Origin: Eledone cirrhosa | Taxonomy: Eukaryota | NCBI GenBank assembly: GCA_964016885.1 | Contig: OZ024741.1 | Coordinates: 22,816,001-22,880,000 of the forward strand | DNA: 64,000 nucleotides | Direction: 5' to 3' | In this document: positions 26,411 to 41,291 of the stretch, in pieces | Layout: the number at the start of each line of letters is the position of its first letter | Position numbering within the stretch: position 1 is the stretch's first letter | Program-made: the position numbers and the translations under genes | The notes under the pieces: generated by a model | What the model was told of the DNA's origin: nothing | Databases searched by the model: none | What the model saw: the letters and a program-made list of their open reading frames with translations, nothing else

Positions 26411-27870
26411 TATAGTGAAGAGTTTAGGGTTCAGGGCTCTGTTCTCAGCCCCCTACTATTTATTATTGCCCTTCAGGCTATAACAGAGGAGTTCAAGACC
26501 GGTTGCCCATGGGAACTCCTATACGCAGATGACCTAAGACTCATAGCTGAATCAATGGCCGAGCTAGAGAAGAAATTCCAAACATGGAAGCACGGCCTAG
26601 AATCAAAAGGCCTTAAAATTAACCTGGCTAAGACTAAAGTTCTAGTTTGTAAGAAAGAAAATAAGGCGGCGGTCCCTTCCGGGAAGTGGCCATGCTCAGT
26701 GTGTAGGAAAGGCGTAGGTAGAAACTCCATTTTGTGTCCCAAATGCAAAGTATGGGTGCATAAAAGATGTAGTGGGATCACAGGTAAGCTAACTAAGAAC
26801 ATAGATTTTATATGTGGCCGGTGCTCTGGTGCAATAAGTAGCAGTAAGTGCGCACAAAATACTAGCTCTTTCAACTGCGCAGAGGGTTCTATAGAAATAG
26901 TGGACAGCTTCCGTTACCTGGGTGACAAAATCAGCAGTGGGGGAGGGTGCTCTGAAAGTACAGTAGCTAGAGTCAGAACTGGATGGAAAAAGTTCAGAGA
27001 GCTTATACCACTATTAGCCGCTAAAGGGTTCTCCCTAAAAATGAAAGGCAGGTTGTATGATGCCTGCATACGAACAGCAATGTTGCATGGCAGTGAGACC
27101 TGGGCATTGTGTGCAGAGGATATACGCAGACTAGAGAGAAACGAAGCTTGCATGCTCCGCTGGATGTGCAATAGTAATATACGTGAACGGCAAAGCATAA
27201 ACGAACTAAGGAAAAAATTAGAAATAGGAGGGATCAGATGTTTACTCGAGAGAAGGCTACGTTGGTATGGTCACGTGATGCGCATGAAGGACGATAGCTG
27301 TATAACAAAGTGGAGGGCAATAAAGATAGACGGTAGCCACGGCATAGGCAGACCCAGAAAAACCTGGGATGAGCTGATAAATTCCGACCTCACACACTTA
27401 CACCTCTCCAAGACAATGTCACTGGACCAAGACCTTTAGCGGTACTCAGTAATAGAGAAGACCCGCCTTACCTAAATACAAAGTAAAACCTACTACAGTC
27501 AGGAGGCATCTATAACAAAATACACCCCCGTCCCACTACCCCCACCCCATCCACACCGCCCCTTTCAATGTAAAGTTATGTTGGTGCCACAACATCCAGG
27601 CCGAAACAAATGAGATCGTGTAAGTGTCACGTCAAAAAACACACAGTTCACGCTGTAATGTGGCCGTGTAGGTAACACGGTAAAAACCTCCCAGCCCCAC
27701 ACTGTAAATGTGGTTGGTGTTAGGAAGGGCATCCAGCTGTAGAAAACCCGCCAGATAGTCCTATGCGAGCAAGATAATCACTCTTGCCTCAAGTGGGAAA
27801 ACCCCCGTCCAAACCCATGCAAGCGTGGAACACGGACGTTAAACGTTGATGATGATGATGATGATGATGA
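26411..27870 (+). mobile_element. 5'-truncated RTE-clade LINE: RT (QGSVLSP, YADD, FRYLG) with an internal PHD finger, RRLRWYGHVMRM, GRPRKTW, 3' UTR and (GAT)n tail
   Basis: Frame open from 26411 through ORF 26555-27439; the TAG at 27437 probably replaces TGG, with the natural stop near 27475. Confidence 0.93.
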
Positions 27871-27894
27871 TAAAATTCAAATATCTGATCTAAT

Positions 27895-28240
27895 GATAGT
27901 GATGGTGGTGGTGGTGTTATTAATGACCATTGGTGATGGTGGTGGTATTAATGACCATTGGTGGTGATGTTAGTATTAATGACCATTGGTAGTTGTCGTG
28001 GTGTTAATGACCAGTGGTGATGATGGTGGTGGTGATGGCAGTGATGGTGGTGGTACTGGGGATAGTGTTGGTTAATGGTATTGGTGGTGGTGGTGGTGGT
28101 GTTAATAACCATTGGTGATGATGGTGGTGGTGGTGGTATTGGTGGTGGTGGTGGTAGTGGTATTAATCACCAATGGTGCTGATAGTGGTAATGGCAGTGG
28201 TATTGGTAGTGCTGATAGTGGTGATAGTGATGGTATTAAT
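27895..28240. repeat. GGT-rich degenerate repeat with ATTAATGACCATTGG subunits
   Basis: Visible low-complexity tandem units. Confidence 0.8.
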
Positions 28241-28846
28241 GACAAGCTGGGTTCCAATATTAAAAAACAATAACACAGACATAAATTCAGTTACTGCAAA
28301 TTAACATGAAAATGTTAAGAGTTTCTAGAATCATCCGAGTTCTTTGAAATGTCAACTGTAAAAATCAAGCAGGTCTGGCATAAATAATACCATATCTGAT
28401 TATGTAAGTTTTAACACAGAAACTATGGCATAAATAATACATCTGATTATGTAACTTTTAACACAGAAGAGTTACACATATTACACAGAAAATATGGACA
28501 CACTCACAAGTGTAATATTAAGTATTCTGTTATGTAAATCTAGTATAGAAAGAAAATAGGTGTTGTTTAGGTTGTCCAGTTTTATAAAATATACTAGCAG
28601 GATGAATGGTTATGTCTGTATATAGTACCAAGATGTTAATGTCATTATTTGTGCTGGGGCAATGTTCAAAATATGTATAAAATCAAATGTAACTACACTA
28701 CATCAGATTCTACAGTGACAAAGACAAATAAGTGTGACATTGTTATCATTGATAATGACTTCAATGGATATAGTGAGTAGCACCAAGATGGATGAAGGCT
28801 TCTACAGTTCTGTCACACAAATGACAACAATTTACAACACTAACTT

Positions 28847-31800
28847 CAATACCACCATCACCACCAACACCAATACCATCATCAATACCACCAACACCAC
28901 CACCAACACCAATACCATCATCAATACCACCAACACCACCATCAATACCACCATCACCACCATCAATACCACCAACACCACCATCAATACCAACAACAAT
29001 ACCACCAACACCACCATCAATACCACCAACACCACCATCAATACCACCAACACCACCATCAATACCACCAACACCACCATCAATACCACCAACACCACCA
29101 TCAATACCACCAACACCACCAACACCACCACCAACACCATCATCAATACCATCAACACCACCATCAATACCACCAACACCACCATCAATACCACCAACAC
29201 CACCATCAATACCACCAACAATACCACCAACACCACCATCAATACCACCAACACCACCATCAATACCACCAACACCACCATCAATACCACCAACACCACC
29301 ATCAATACCACCAACACCACCATCAATACCACCAACACCACCATCAATACCACCAACACCACCAACACCACCATCAACACCATCATCAATACCACCAACA
29401 CCACCATCAATACCACCAACACCACCATCAATACCACCAACACCACCAACACCACCATCAACACCATCATCAATACCACCAACACCACCATCAATACCAC
29501 CAACACCACCATCAATACCACCAACACCACCACCAACACCACCATCAACACCACCATCACCACCATCAATACCACCAACACCACCATCACCACCATCAAT
29601 ACTACCATCACCACCATCAATACCACCATCACCACCATCAACACCATCAATACCACCAACACCATCATCAATACCACCATCACCACCACCAACACCATCA
29701 TCAATACCACCATCACCACCATCGATACCACCAACACCATCAATACCACCAACACCACCATCAATACCACCAACACCACCATCAATACCACCATCAATAC
29801 CACCATCACCACCATCAATACCACCATCAATACCACCATCACCACCATCAATACCACCAACACCACCATCAATACCAACAACAATACCACCAACACCATC
29901 ATCAATACCACCATCACCACCACCAACACCATCATCAATACCACCATCACCACCATCGATACCACCAACACCATCAATACCACCAACACCACCATCAATA
30001 CCACCAACACCACCATCAATACCACCATCAATACCACCATCAATACCACCAACACCACCATCAATACCACCAACACCACCATCAATACCACCAACACCAC
30101 CATCAATACCACCAACACCACCATCAATACCACCAATACCACCAACACACCAACACCATCAACACCATCATCAATACCACCAACACCACCATCAATACCA
30201 CCAACACCACCATCAATACCACCAACACCACCAACACCACCATCAACACCATCATCAATACCACCAACACCATCATCAATACCACCAACACCACCATCAA
30301 TCCCACCAACACCACCATCAATCCCACCAACACCATCATCAATACCACCAACACCACCATCAATACCACCAACACCACCATCAATACCACCAACACCACC
30401 ATCAATACCACCAACACCACCATCAATACCACCAACACCATCATCAATACCACCAACACCACCATCAATACCACCAACACCACCATCAATACCACCAACA
30501 CCACCATCAATACCACCAACACCACCATCAATACCACCAACACCACCATCAATACCACCAACACCACCATCAATACCACCAACACCACCATCAATACCAC
30601 CAACACCACCATCAATACCACCAACACCACCATCAATACCACCAACACCATCATCAATACCACCAACACCACCATCAATCCCACCAACACCACCATCAAT
30701 CCCACCAACACCATCATCAATACCACCAACACCACCATCAATACCACCAACACCACCATCAATACCACCAACACCACCATCAATACCACCAACACCACCA
30801 TCAATACCACCAACACCATCATCAATACCACCAACACCACCATCAACACCACCAATACCACCATCACCATGCATACCACCATCAATACCACCACCAACAC
30901 CACCATCACCACCATCCATACCACCATCAATACCACCAACACCACCATCAATCCCACCATCAATACCACCAACACCACCATCAGTACCACCATCACCACC
31001 ATCAATACCACCATCAATACTACCAACACCACCATCAATACCACCATCACCACCATCAATACCACCAACACCACCATCACCACCACCAACACCATCATCA
31101 ATACCACCATCACCACCATCAATACCACCATCACCACCATCAATACCACCATCACCACCATCAATACCACCAACACCATCATCAATACCACCATCACCAC
31201 CACCAACACCATCATCAATACCACCAACACCACCATCAATACCACCAACACCACCATCAATACCACCATCAATACCACCATCACCACCACCATCAATACC
31301 ACCATCACCACCATCAATACCACCAACACCACCATCAATACCACCATCAATACCACCATCACCACCATCACCACCATCAATACCACCAACACCACCATCA
31401 CCACCATCAATACTACAATCACCACCATCAATACCACCATCAACACCATCAATACCACCAACACCATCATCAATACCACCAACACCACCATCAACACCAT
31501 CAATACCACCAACACCACCATCACCACCACCAACACCATCATCAATACCACCAACACCATCATCAATACCACCAACACCACCATCAATACCACCAACACC
31601 ATCATCAATACCACCAACACCACCATCACCACCACCAACACCATCATCAATACCACCAACACCATCATCAATACCACCAACACCACCATCAATACCACCA
31701 ACACCATCATCAATACCACCAACACCACCATCAATACCACCAACACCACCATCAATACCACCAACACCACCATCACCACCATCAATACCACCATCACCAT

Positions 31801-34800
31801 CATCAATACCACCATCACCACCACCAACACCACCATCACCACCACCAACACCACCATCAATACCACCAACACCACCATCAGTACCACCAACACCACCATC
31901 ACCACCACCAACACCATCATCAATACCACCATCACCACCATCAATACCACCAACACCACCATCAATACCACCAACACCACCATCAATACCACCAACACCA
32001 CCATCAATACCACCATCACCACCATCAATACCACCAACACCATCATCAATACCACCATCACCACCATCAATACCACCATCACCACCAACACCACCATCAA
32101 TACCACCATCACCACCATCAATACCACCAACACCACCATCAGTACCACCAACACCACCATCAGTACCACCATCACCACCACCAACACCATCATCAATACC
32201 ACCATCACCACCATCAATACCACCAACACCACCATCAATACCACCAACACCACCATCAATACCACCATCACCACCATCAATACCACCAACACCACCATCA
32301 ATACCACCAACACCACCATCAATACCACCAACACCACCATCAGTACCACCAACACCACCATCAGTACCACCATCACCACCATCAATACCAACAACAATAC
32401 CACCATCACCACCATCAATACCACCATCACCACCATCAATACCACCAACACCACCATCAGTACCACCAACACCACCATCAGTACCACCATCACCACCATC
32501 AATACCAACAACAATACCACCATCACCACCATCAATACCACCAACACCACCATCAATACCACCAACACCACCATCAATACCACCATCACCACCATCAATA
32601 CCACCAACACCACCATCAATACCACCATCACCACCATCAATACCACCAACACCACCATCAGTACCACCATCACCACCATCAATACCAACAACAATACCAC
32701 CAACACCACCATCAATACCACCAACACCACCATCAATACCACCAACACCACCATCAATACCACCAACACCACCATCAATACCACCAACACCACCATCAAT
32801 ACCACCAACACCACCATCAATACCACCAACACCACCATCAATACCACCAACAATACCACCAACACCACCATCAATACCACCAACACCACCATCAATACCA
32901 CCAACACCACCATCAATACCACCAACACCACCATCAATACCACCAACACCACCATCAATACCACCAACACCACCATCAATACCACCAACACCACCATCAA
33001 TACCACCAACACCACCAACACCACCATCAACACCATCATCAATACCACCAACACCACCATCAATACCACCAACACCACCATCAATACCACCAACACCACC
33101 ACCAACACCACCATCAACACCACCATCACCACCATCAATACCACCAACACCACCATCAACACCATCAATACCACCAACACCATCATCAATACCACCATCA
33201 CCACCACCAACACCATCATCAATACCACCATCACCACCATCGATACCACCAACACCATCAATACCACCAACACCACCATCAATACCACCAACACCACCAT
33301 CAATACCACCAACACCACCATCAATACCACCAACACCACCATCAATACCACCAACACCACCATCAATACCACCATCACCACCATCAATACCACCAACACC
33401 ACCATCAATACCAACAACAATACCACCAACACCACCATCAATACCACCAACACCACCATCAATACCACCAACACCACCATCAATACCACCAACACCACCA
33501 TCAATACCACCAACACCACCATCAATACCACCAATACCACCAACACACCAACACCATCAACACCATCATCAATACCACCAACACCACCATCAATACCACC
33601 AATACCACCAACACACCAACACCACCAACACCATCATCAATACCACCAACACCACCATCAATACCACCAACACCACCAACACCACCATCAACACCATCAT
33701 CAATACCACCAACACCACCATCAATCCCACCAACACCACCATCAATCCCACCAACACCATCATCAATACCACCAACACCACCATCAATACCACCAACACC
33801 ACCATCAATACCACCAACACCACCATCAATACCACCAACACCATCATCAATACCACCAACACCACCATCAACACCACCAATACCACCATCACCATGCATA
33901 CCACCATCAATACCACCACCAACACCACCATCACCACCATCCATACCACCATCAATACCACCAACACCACCATCAACACCATCAACAATACCACCAACAC
34001 CACCATCAATCCCACCATCAATACCACCAACACCACCATCAGTACCACCATCACCACCATCAATACCACCATCAATACTACCAACACCACCATCAATACC
34101 ACCATCACCACCATCAATACCACCAACACCACCATCACCACCACCAACACCATCATCAATACCACCATCACCACCATCAATACCACCATCACCACCATCA
34201 ATACCACCATCAATACCACCAACACCATCATCAATACCACCATCACCACCACCAACACCATCATCAATACCACCAACACCACCATCAATACCACCAACAC
34301 CACCATCAATACCACCATCAATACCACCATCACCACCACCATCAATACCACCATCACCACCATCAATACCACCAACACCACCATCAATACCACCATCAAT
34401 ACCACCATCACCACCATCAATACCACCATCACCACCATCACCACCATCACCACCATCAATACTACAATCACCACCATCACCACCACCAACACCATCATCA
34501 ATACCACCAACACCATCATCAATACCACCAACACCACCATCAATACCACCATCAATACCACCATCAATACCACCATCACCACCATCAATACCACCATCAC
34601 CACCATCAACACCATCAATACCACCAACACCACCATCAACACCATCATCAATACCACCAACACCACCATCAACACCATCAATACCACCAACACCACCATC
34701 ACCACCACCAACACCATCATCAATACCACCAACACCATCATCAATACCACCAACACCACCATCAATACCACCAACACCATCATCAATACCACCAACACCA

Positions 34801-37800
34801 CCATCACCACCACCAACACCATCATCAATACCACCAACACCATCATCAATACCACCAACACCACCATCAATACCACCAACACCATCATCAATACCACCAA
34901 CACCACCATCAATACCACCAACACCACCATCAATACCACCAACACCACCATCACCACCATCAATACCACCATCACCATCATCAATACCACCATCACCACC
35001 ACCAACACCACCATCACCACCACCAACACCACCATCAATACCACCAACACCACCATCAGTACCACCAACACCACCATCACCACCACCAACACCATCATCA
35101 ATACCACCATCACCACCATCAATACCACCAACACCACCATCAATACCACCAACACCACCATCAATACCACCAACACCACCATCAATACCACCATCACCAC
35201 CATCAATACCACCAACACCATCATCAATACCACCATCACCACCATCAATACCACCATCACCACCAACACCACCATCAATACCACCATCACCACCATCAAT
35301 ACCACCAACACCACCATCAGTACCACCAACACCACCATCAGTACCACCATCACCACCACCAACACCACCATCAATACCACCAACACCACCATCAATACCA
35401 CCATCACCACCATCAATACCACCAACACCACCATCAATACCACCATCACCACCATCAATACCACCAACACCACCATCAATACCACCAACACCATCATTAA
35501 TACCACCATCACCACCATCAATACCACCAACACCACCATCACCACCACCATCAATACCACCAACACCACCACCAACACCATTATCAATACCACCAACACC
35601 ATCATCAATACCACCAACACCACCATCAATACCACCAACACCACCATCAATACCACCAACACCACCATCAATACCACCAACACCACCATCAATACCACCA
35701 ACACCACCAACACCACCATCAACACCATCATCAATACCACCAACACCACCATCAATACCACCAACACCACCATCAATACCACCAACACCACCACCAACAC
35801 CACCATCAACACCACCATCACCACCATCAATACCACCAACACCACCATCAACACCATCAATACCACCAACACCATCATCAATACCACCATCACCACCACC
35901 AACACCATCATCAATACCACCATCACCACCATCGATACCACCAACACCATCAATACCACCAACACCACCATCAATACCACCAACACCACCATCAATACCA
36001 CCAACACCACCATCAATACCACCAACACCACCATCAATACCACCAACACCACCATCAATACCACCATCACCACCATCAATACCACCAACACCACCATCAA
36101 TACCAACAACAATACCACCAACACCACCATCAATACCACCAACACCACCATCAATACCACCAACACCACCATCAATACCACCAACACCACCATCAATACC
36201 ACCAACACCACCATCAATACCACCAATACCACCAACACACCAACACCATCAACACCATCATCAATACCACCAACACCACCATCAATACCACCAATACCAC
36301 CAACACACCAACACCACCAACACCATCATCAATACCACCAACACCACCATCAATACCACCAACACCACCAACACCACCATCAACACCATCATCAATACCA
36401 CCAACACCACCATCAATCCCACCAACACCACCATCAATCCCACCAACACCATCATCAATACCACCAACACCACCATCAATACCACCAACACCACCATCAA
36501 TACCACCAACACCACCATCAATACCACCAACACCATCATCAATACCACCAACACCACCATCAACACCACCAATACCACCATCACCATGCATACCACCATC
36601 AATACCACCACCAACACCACCATCACCACCATCCATACCACCATCAATACCACCAACACCACCATCAACACCATCAACAATACCACCAACACCACCATCA
36701 ATCCCACCATCAATACCACCAACACCACCATCAGTACCACCATCACCACCATCAATACCACCATCAATACTACCAACACCACCATCAATACCACCATCAC
36801 CACCATCAATACCACCAACACCACCATCACCACCACCAACACCATCATCAATACCACCATCACCACCATCAATACCACCATCACCACCATCAATACCACC
36901 ATCAATACCACCAACACCATCATCAATACCACCATCACCACCACCAACACCATCATCAATACCACCAACACCACCATCAATACCACCAACACCACCATCA
37001 ATACCACCATCAATACCACCATCACCACCACCATCAATACCACCATCACCACCATCAATACCACCAACACCACCATCAATACCACCATCAATACCACCAT
37101 CACCACCATCAATACCACCATCACCACCATCACCACCATCACCACCATCAATACTACAATCACCACCATCACCACCACCAACACCATCATCAATACCACC
37201 AACACCATCATCAATACCACCAACACCACCATCAATACCACCATCAATACCACCATCAATACCACCATCACCACCATCAATACCACCATCACCACCATCA
37301 ACACCATCAATACCACCAACACCACCATCAACACCATCATCAATACCACCAACACCACCATCAACACCATCAATACCACCAACACCACCATCACCACCAC
37401 CAACACCATCATCAATACCACCAACACCATCATCAATACCACCAACACCACCATCAATACCACCAACACCATCATCAATACCACCAACACCACCATCACC
37501 ACCACCAACACCATCATCAATACCACCAACACCATCATCAATACCACCAACACCACCATCAATACCACCAACACCATCATCAATACCACCAACACCACCA
37601 TCAATACCACCAACACCACCATCAATACCACCAACACCACCATCACCACCATCAATACCACCATCACCATCATCAATACCACCATCACCACCACCAACAC
37701 CACCATCACCACCACCAACACCACCATCAATACCACCAACACCACCATCAGTACCACCAACACCACCATCACCACCACCAACACCATCATCAATACCACC

Positions 37801-38746
37801 ATCACCACCATCAATACCACCAACACCACCATCAATACCACCAACACCACCATCAATACCACCAACACCACCATCAATACCACCATCACCACCATCAATA
37901 CCACCAACACCATCATCAATACCACCATCACCACCATCAATACCACCATCACCACCAACACCACCATCAATACCACCATCACCACCATCAATACCACCAA
38001 CACCACCATCAGTACCACCAACACCACCATCAGTACCACCATCACCACCACCAACACCACCATCAATACCACCAACACCACCATCAATACCACCATCACC
38101 ACCATCAATACCACCAACACCACCATCAATACCACCATCACCACCATCAATACCACCAACACCACCATCAATACCACCAACACCATCATTAATACCACCA
38201 TCACCACCATCAATACCACCAACACCACCATCACCACCACCATCAATACCACCAACACCACCACCAACACCATTATCAATACCACCAACACCATCATCAA
38301 TACCACCAACACCACCATCAATACCACCAACACCATCATCAATACCACCAACACCACCATCACCACCATCAATACCACCATCACCACCATCAATACCACC
38401 AACACCACCATCAATACCACCAACACCATCATCAATACCACCAACACCACCATCACCACCATCAATACCACCATTACCACCATCAATACCACCATCACCA
38501 CCATCAATACCACCATTACCACCATCAATACCACCAATACCACCATCACCACCATCAATACCACCATTACCACCATCAATACCACCATCACCACCATCAA
38601 TACCACCATTACCACCATCAATACCACCAACACCACCATCAATACCACCAATACCACCATCAATACCACCATTACCACCACCAACACCACCATCACCACC
38701 ATCAATACCACCATTACCACCATCAATACCACCATCACCACCATCA
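28847..38746. repeat. 9.9-kb triplet-periodic minisatellite (core 21-mer ACCACCAACACCACCATCAAT) with kb-scale higher-order duplications
   Basis: Built from ACC/AAC/ATC/AAT triplets; a 2692-bp duplication is shown by ORF-end offsets (33522/36214, 33590/36282, 35500/38192). Confidence 0.97.
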
Positions 38747-38928
38747 AGGCTTCTAGAATTCTGTGACACAACTGACTTACAAACAGCTACACTCACCAGG
38801 AAGCAAGATAGGCATATGACTATCAATGTTGAATGTTTCCCTGGTGAAGACTGAACCACTTAACAAAGATAGGTGATTAGTGACTTCAAAGTAAAAGATA
38901 AAAGAAGGGGGATATAGAAGCTGCTTAA

Positions 38929-39178
38929 ACCTTTTGACACCAAACTACCTGCAACTGCCCTGAGTTCTTTGATACATTTTATTTTAAAGCGTTTATATTT
39001 ATATTTTAAAATAATATCAATTTTATACAAGAACCTTTATTAAACTATGTTTGAAACACCAGTTTAATAATGAGAAAGTTACTTACATTATTAAATCGTC
39101 AACAAATTCTTGATTATTTTCAAAATGATTTGTAAATAACAGGCAGTATATTTTATTAGAAATATAGTAATAAAAGGG
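38929..39178 (+). mobile_element. TTAA-flanked MITE family B
   Basis: TTAA at 38925 and 39179; ends (a)CCTTTT / AAAAGGG; homologous to 19244-19488. Confidence 0.75.
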
Positions 39179-39229
39179 TTAAAGAACTATCAAACAGTTA
39201 TAGGTTTAGAGACATACTAAATGAAGCTT

Positions 39230-40160
39230 TTGAGGAAGAATCAGAATTCTATAATATAAAAAATAACTGAAGACTCCTACAAGGCAACTGGAAGCACCAA
39301 TAAGTCAACCAATTGATAGGTAGAGACAAAATATGTGGCTGTGGCAAGGTACTAGTTAGATAGAAGGTGAAATAGTGGTGGTATTGTAGATAAGGCCATA
39401 AAATCTATGTGACAGGCTTAAAAAATCAGGAAGTTAAAGCAGAACAGAATAATAACCAAGTAGCTAAAAAAGAGGCTTGGTTAGTTTACTTAACATGAGG
39501 GAAGGTAGAAAGCGGTTTATTAATATTCTGCAGCAAGAAGTGTTCTGAATTACAAGGCAGTGTACTAGAAAACAGACTTTATTTAAGAGAAGTGTGTATG
39601 GAGTTATAATAGTAATCTTGCTCTTACTGACATCAAAAAGAAAGTCACGGGAGTGCTTTTATGAGAGATTGTTGGGTCTACTCATGGCAGACTTAGAGGG
39701 ACCTGCCATTAACAATTTAACATTTACATTACTTGCAAGCAGGGAAAGGACGTAAAATAATGATGATGATGATGATTACTCTATATTTACTATTGTATTT
39801 TCACGGTAAACACTTTATCTCATATAATATCAAATCTAAGAGATTTTGATATTATTTATTTTGAGAACAATACCTTAACATAAGTATGAGCAGTCGATTA
39901 CGGTAGGATTGAACAGAAAGAGGTGAGAGAATTCTGGCCAGATGTGGCCTGTTTAAATGCTAAAGGGTTAAAATTGACAACAGTATGTTATCTGGAGCAA
40001 TTAAGGATCAGAAGACGGAATATAATTGGTCCTTCTTGATGCTTAAACGTCTGTTGCAACAGGGCACAGACTAGTCAATTGCATTGTCAGCCAAGTAATA
40101 GAGGAAGGTCTAAAACCCACTGATTGGTGAAGCAGCATCAATGTCAACTGCTACAAGGAC
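39230..40160 (+). mobile_element. Highly degraded RTE ORF2 fragment (linker before the RT), split by a MITE
   Basis: Residual VDKAIK, EGPAI|KIDN, IVSQVIEEG..PTDW, VNCYK peptides. Confidence 0.6.
39713..39967 (-). mobile_element. piggyBac-type MITE family A with a nested 41-bp retroposon tail
   Basis: TTAA at 39709 and 39968; right end taaatgctaaaggg. Confidence 0.85.
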
Positions 40161-40217
40161 ATCAAATTATTGGATCATTAAGAATATATGTAATTAAATT
40201 TTTTTTTAATCTTAGAA

Positions 40218-40388
40218 ACTATGGGTATGTGATTAGAATGTCTAAGTTCCGATACTATGGGCATGTGGTTAGAATGTCTAAGTTCCGATACTATGGGCAT
40301 GTGGTTAGAATGTCTAAGTTCCGATACTATGGGCATGTGGTTAGAATGTCTAAGTTCCGATACTATGGGCATGTGGTTAGAATGTCTC
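40218..40388 (+). repeat. 36-bp tandem repeat (~4.7 units) derived from RTE coding sequence (RYYGHVVRMS)
   Basis: Unit matches 54139-54170 ccgatactatggacatgtggtcagaatgtct. Confidence 0.85.
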
Positions 40389-41238
40389 ACAGGAATGCTA
40401 TCACTTAAAATAAAATTTCGGCAGAGATAAATTAGAAAAATTTAATAAGCTTATTCCAACTCCTCTCCTATTATTTGGGACTCGAGAGTAATCTCATTTT
40501 ATTTTCTTTCGTTGATAGAAGCTACACTTATACATAAAATATTATTAAAACGATATCAGTATATGAACAGTGCTTCCGAGAGTTTCGAGGTGGTCGCTTG
40601 CACTACTAAAATAGCAGCCAAATCCCTTTTCAATCTCAAATTATACTCAACCATCTTAAAATAAGTACACATAAGATAATGTTGTTCTAGATACACGTTG
40701 TTGAAAAATAAAATAGATAGTCAAACCTGGAAGGTCTTTAATCAGGGCTAAACAAGAATGCTTTTAGGAAAAATATGAACATAAATTTCTATAACTTCTT
40801 CCTTAAAAAATAAATCACAGCACAAGTCTCATGTCTATATGGAGAAGAAAAAACACTATAGTAATTTCTGAAAGACAAACTAAATAAATATATAATTAAT
40901 TATACTTTGATAAGCACTTGGTGTTGAATTGATGGGGGTTTCTCTCGCTTTTATTATATATTTTCAAGTATTATATTTATAAGGTTCCTAGCAACACTTA
41001 ATTGTATGTCTATTTAATCTTATATATTTGTTATATGATAATATATATATATATATATATTATAATTTAGAGTTTTCACTCAGGAGTCAAATACAATTAT
41101 TAAGCTCTAAGAAATACTTCTGAGCATTACAGTACAATTTAATAAAAATTATGATCAACACGAATGTGTTTTTTTTGCAAAATGACAATAATTTAGCCAG
41201 ATAGAAATACCTTATTTTTTAGATCGATACAGGCGGAC

Positions 41239-41290
<52 letters not shown>

Positions 41291-41291
<1 letters not shown>

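Noticed and set aside
28734-38192. 3152-aa single ORF
   Set aside because: Stop-free only because the strand is nearly G-free; it switches between T-, P- and H-rich registers and starts at GTG.
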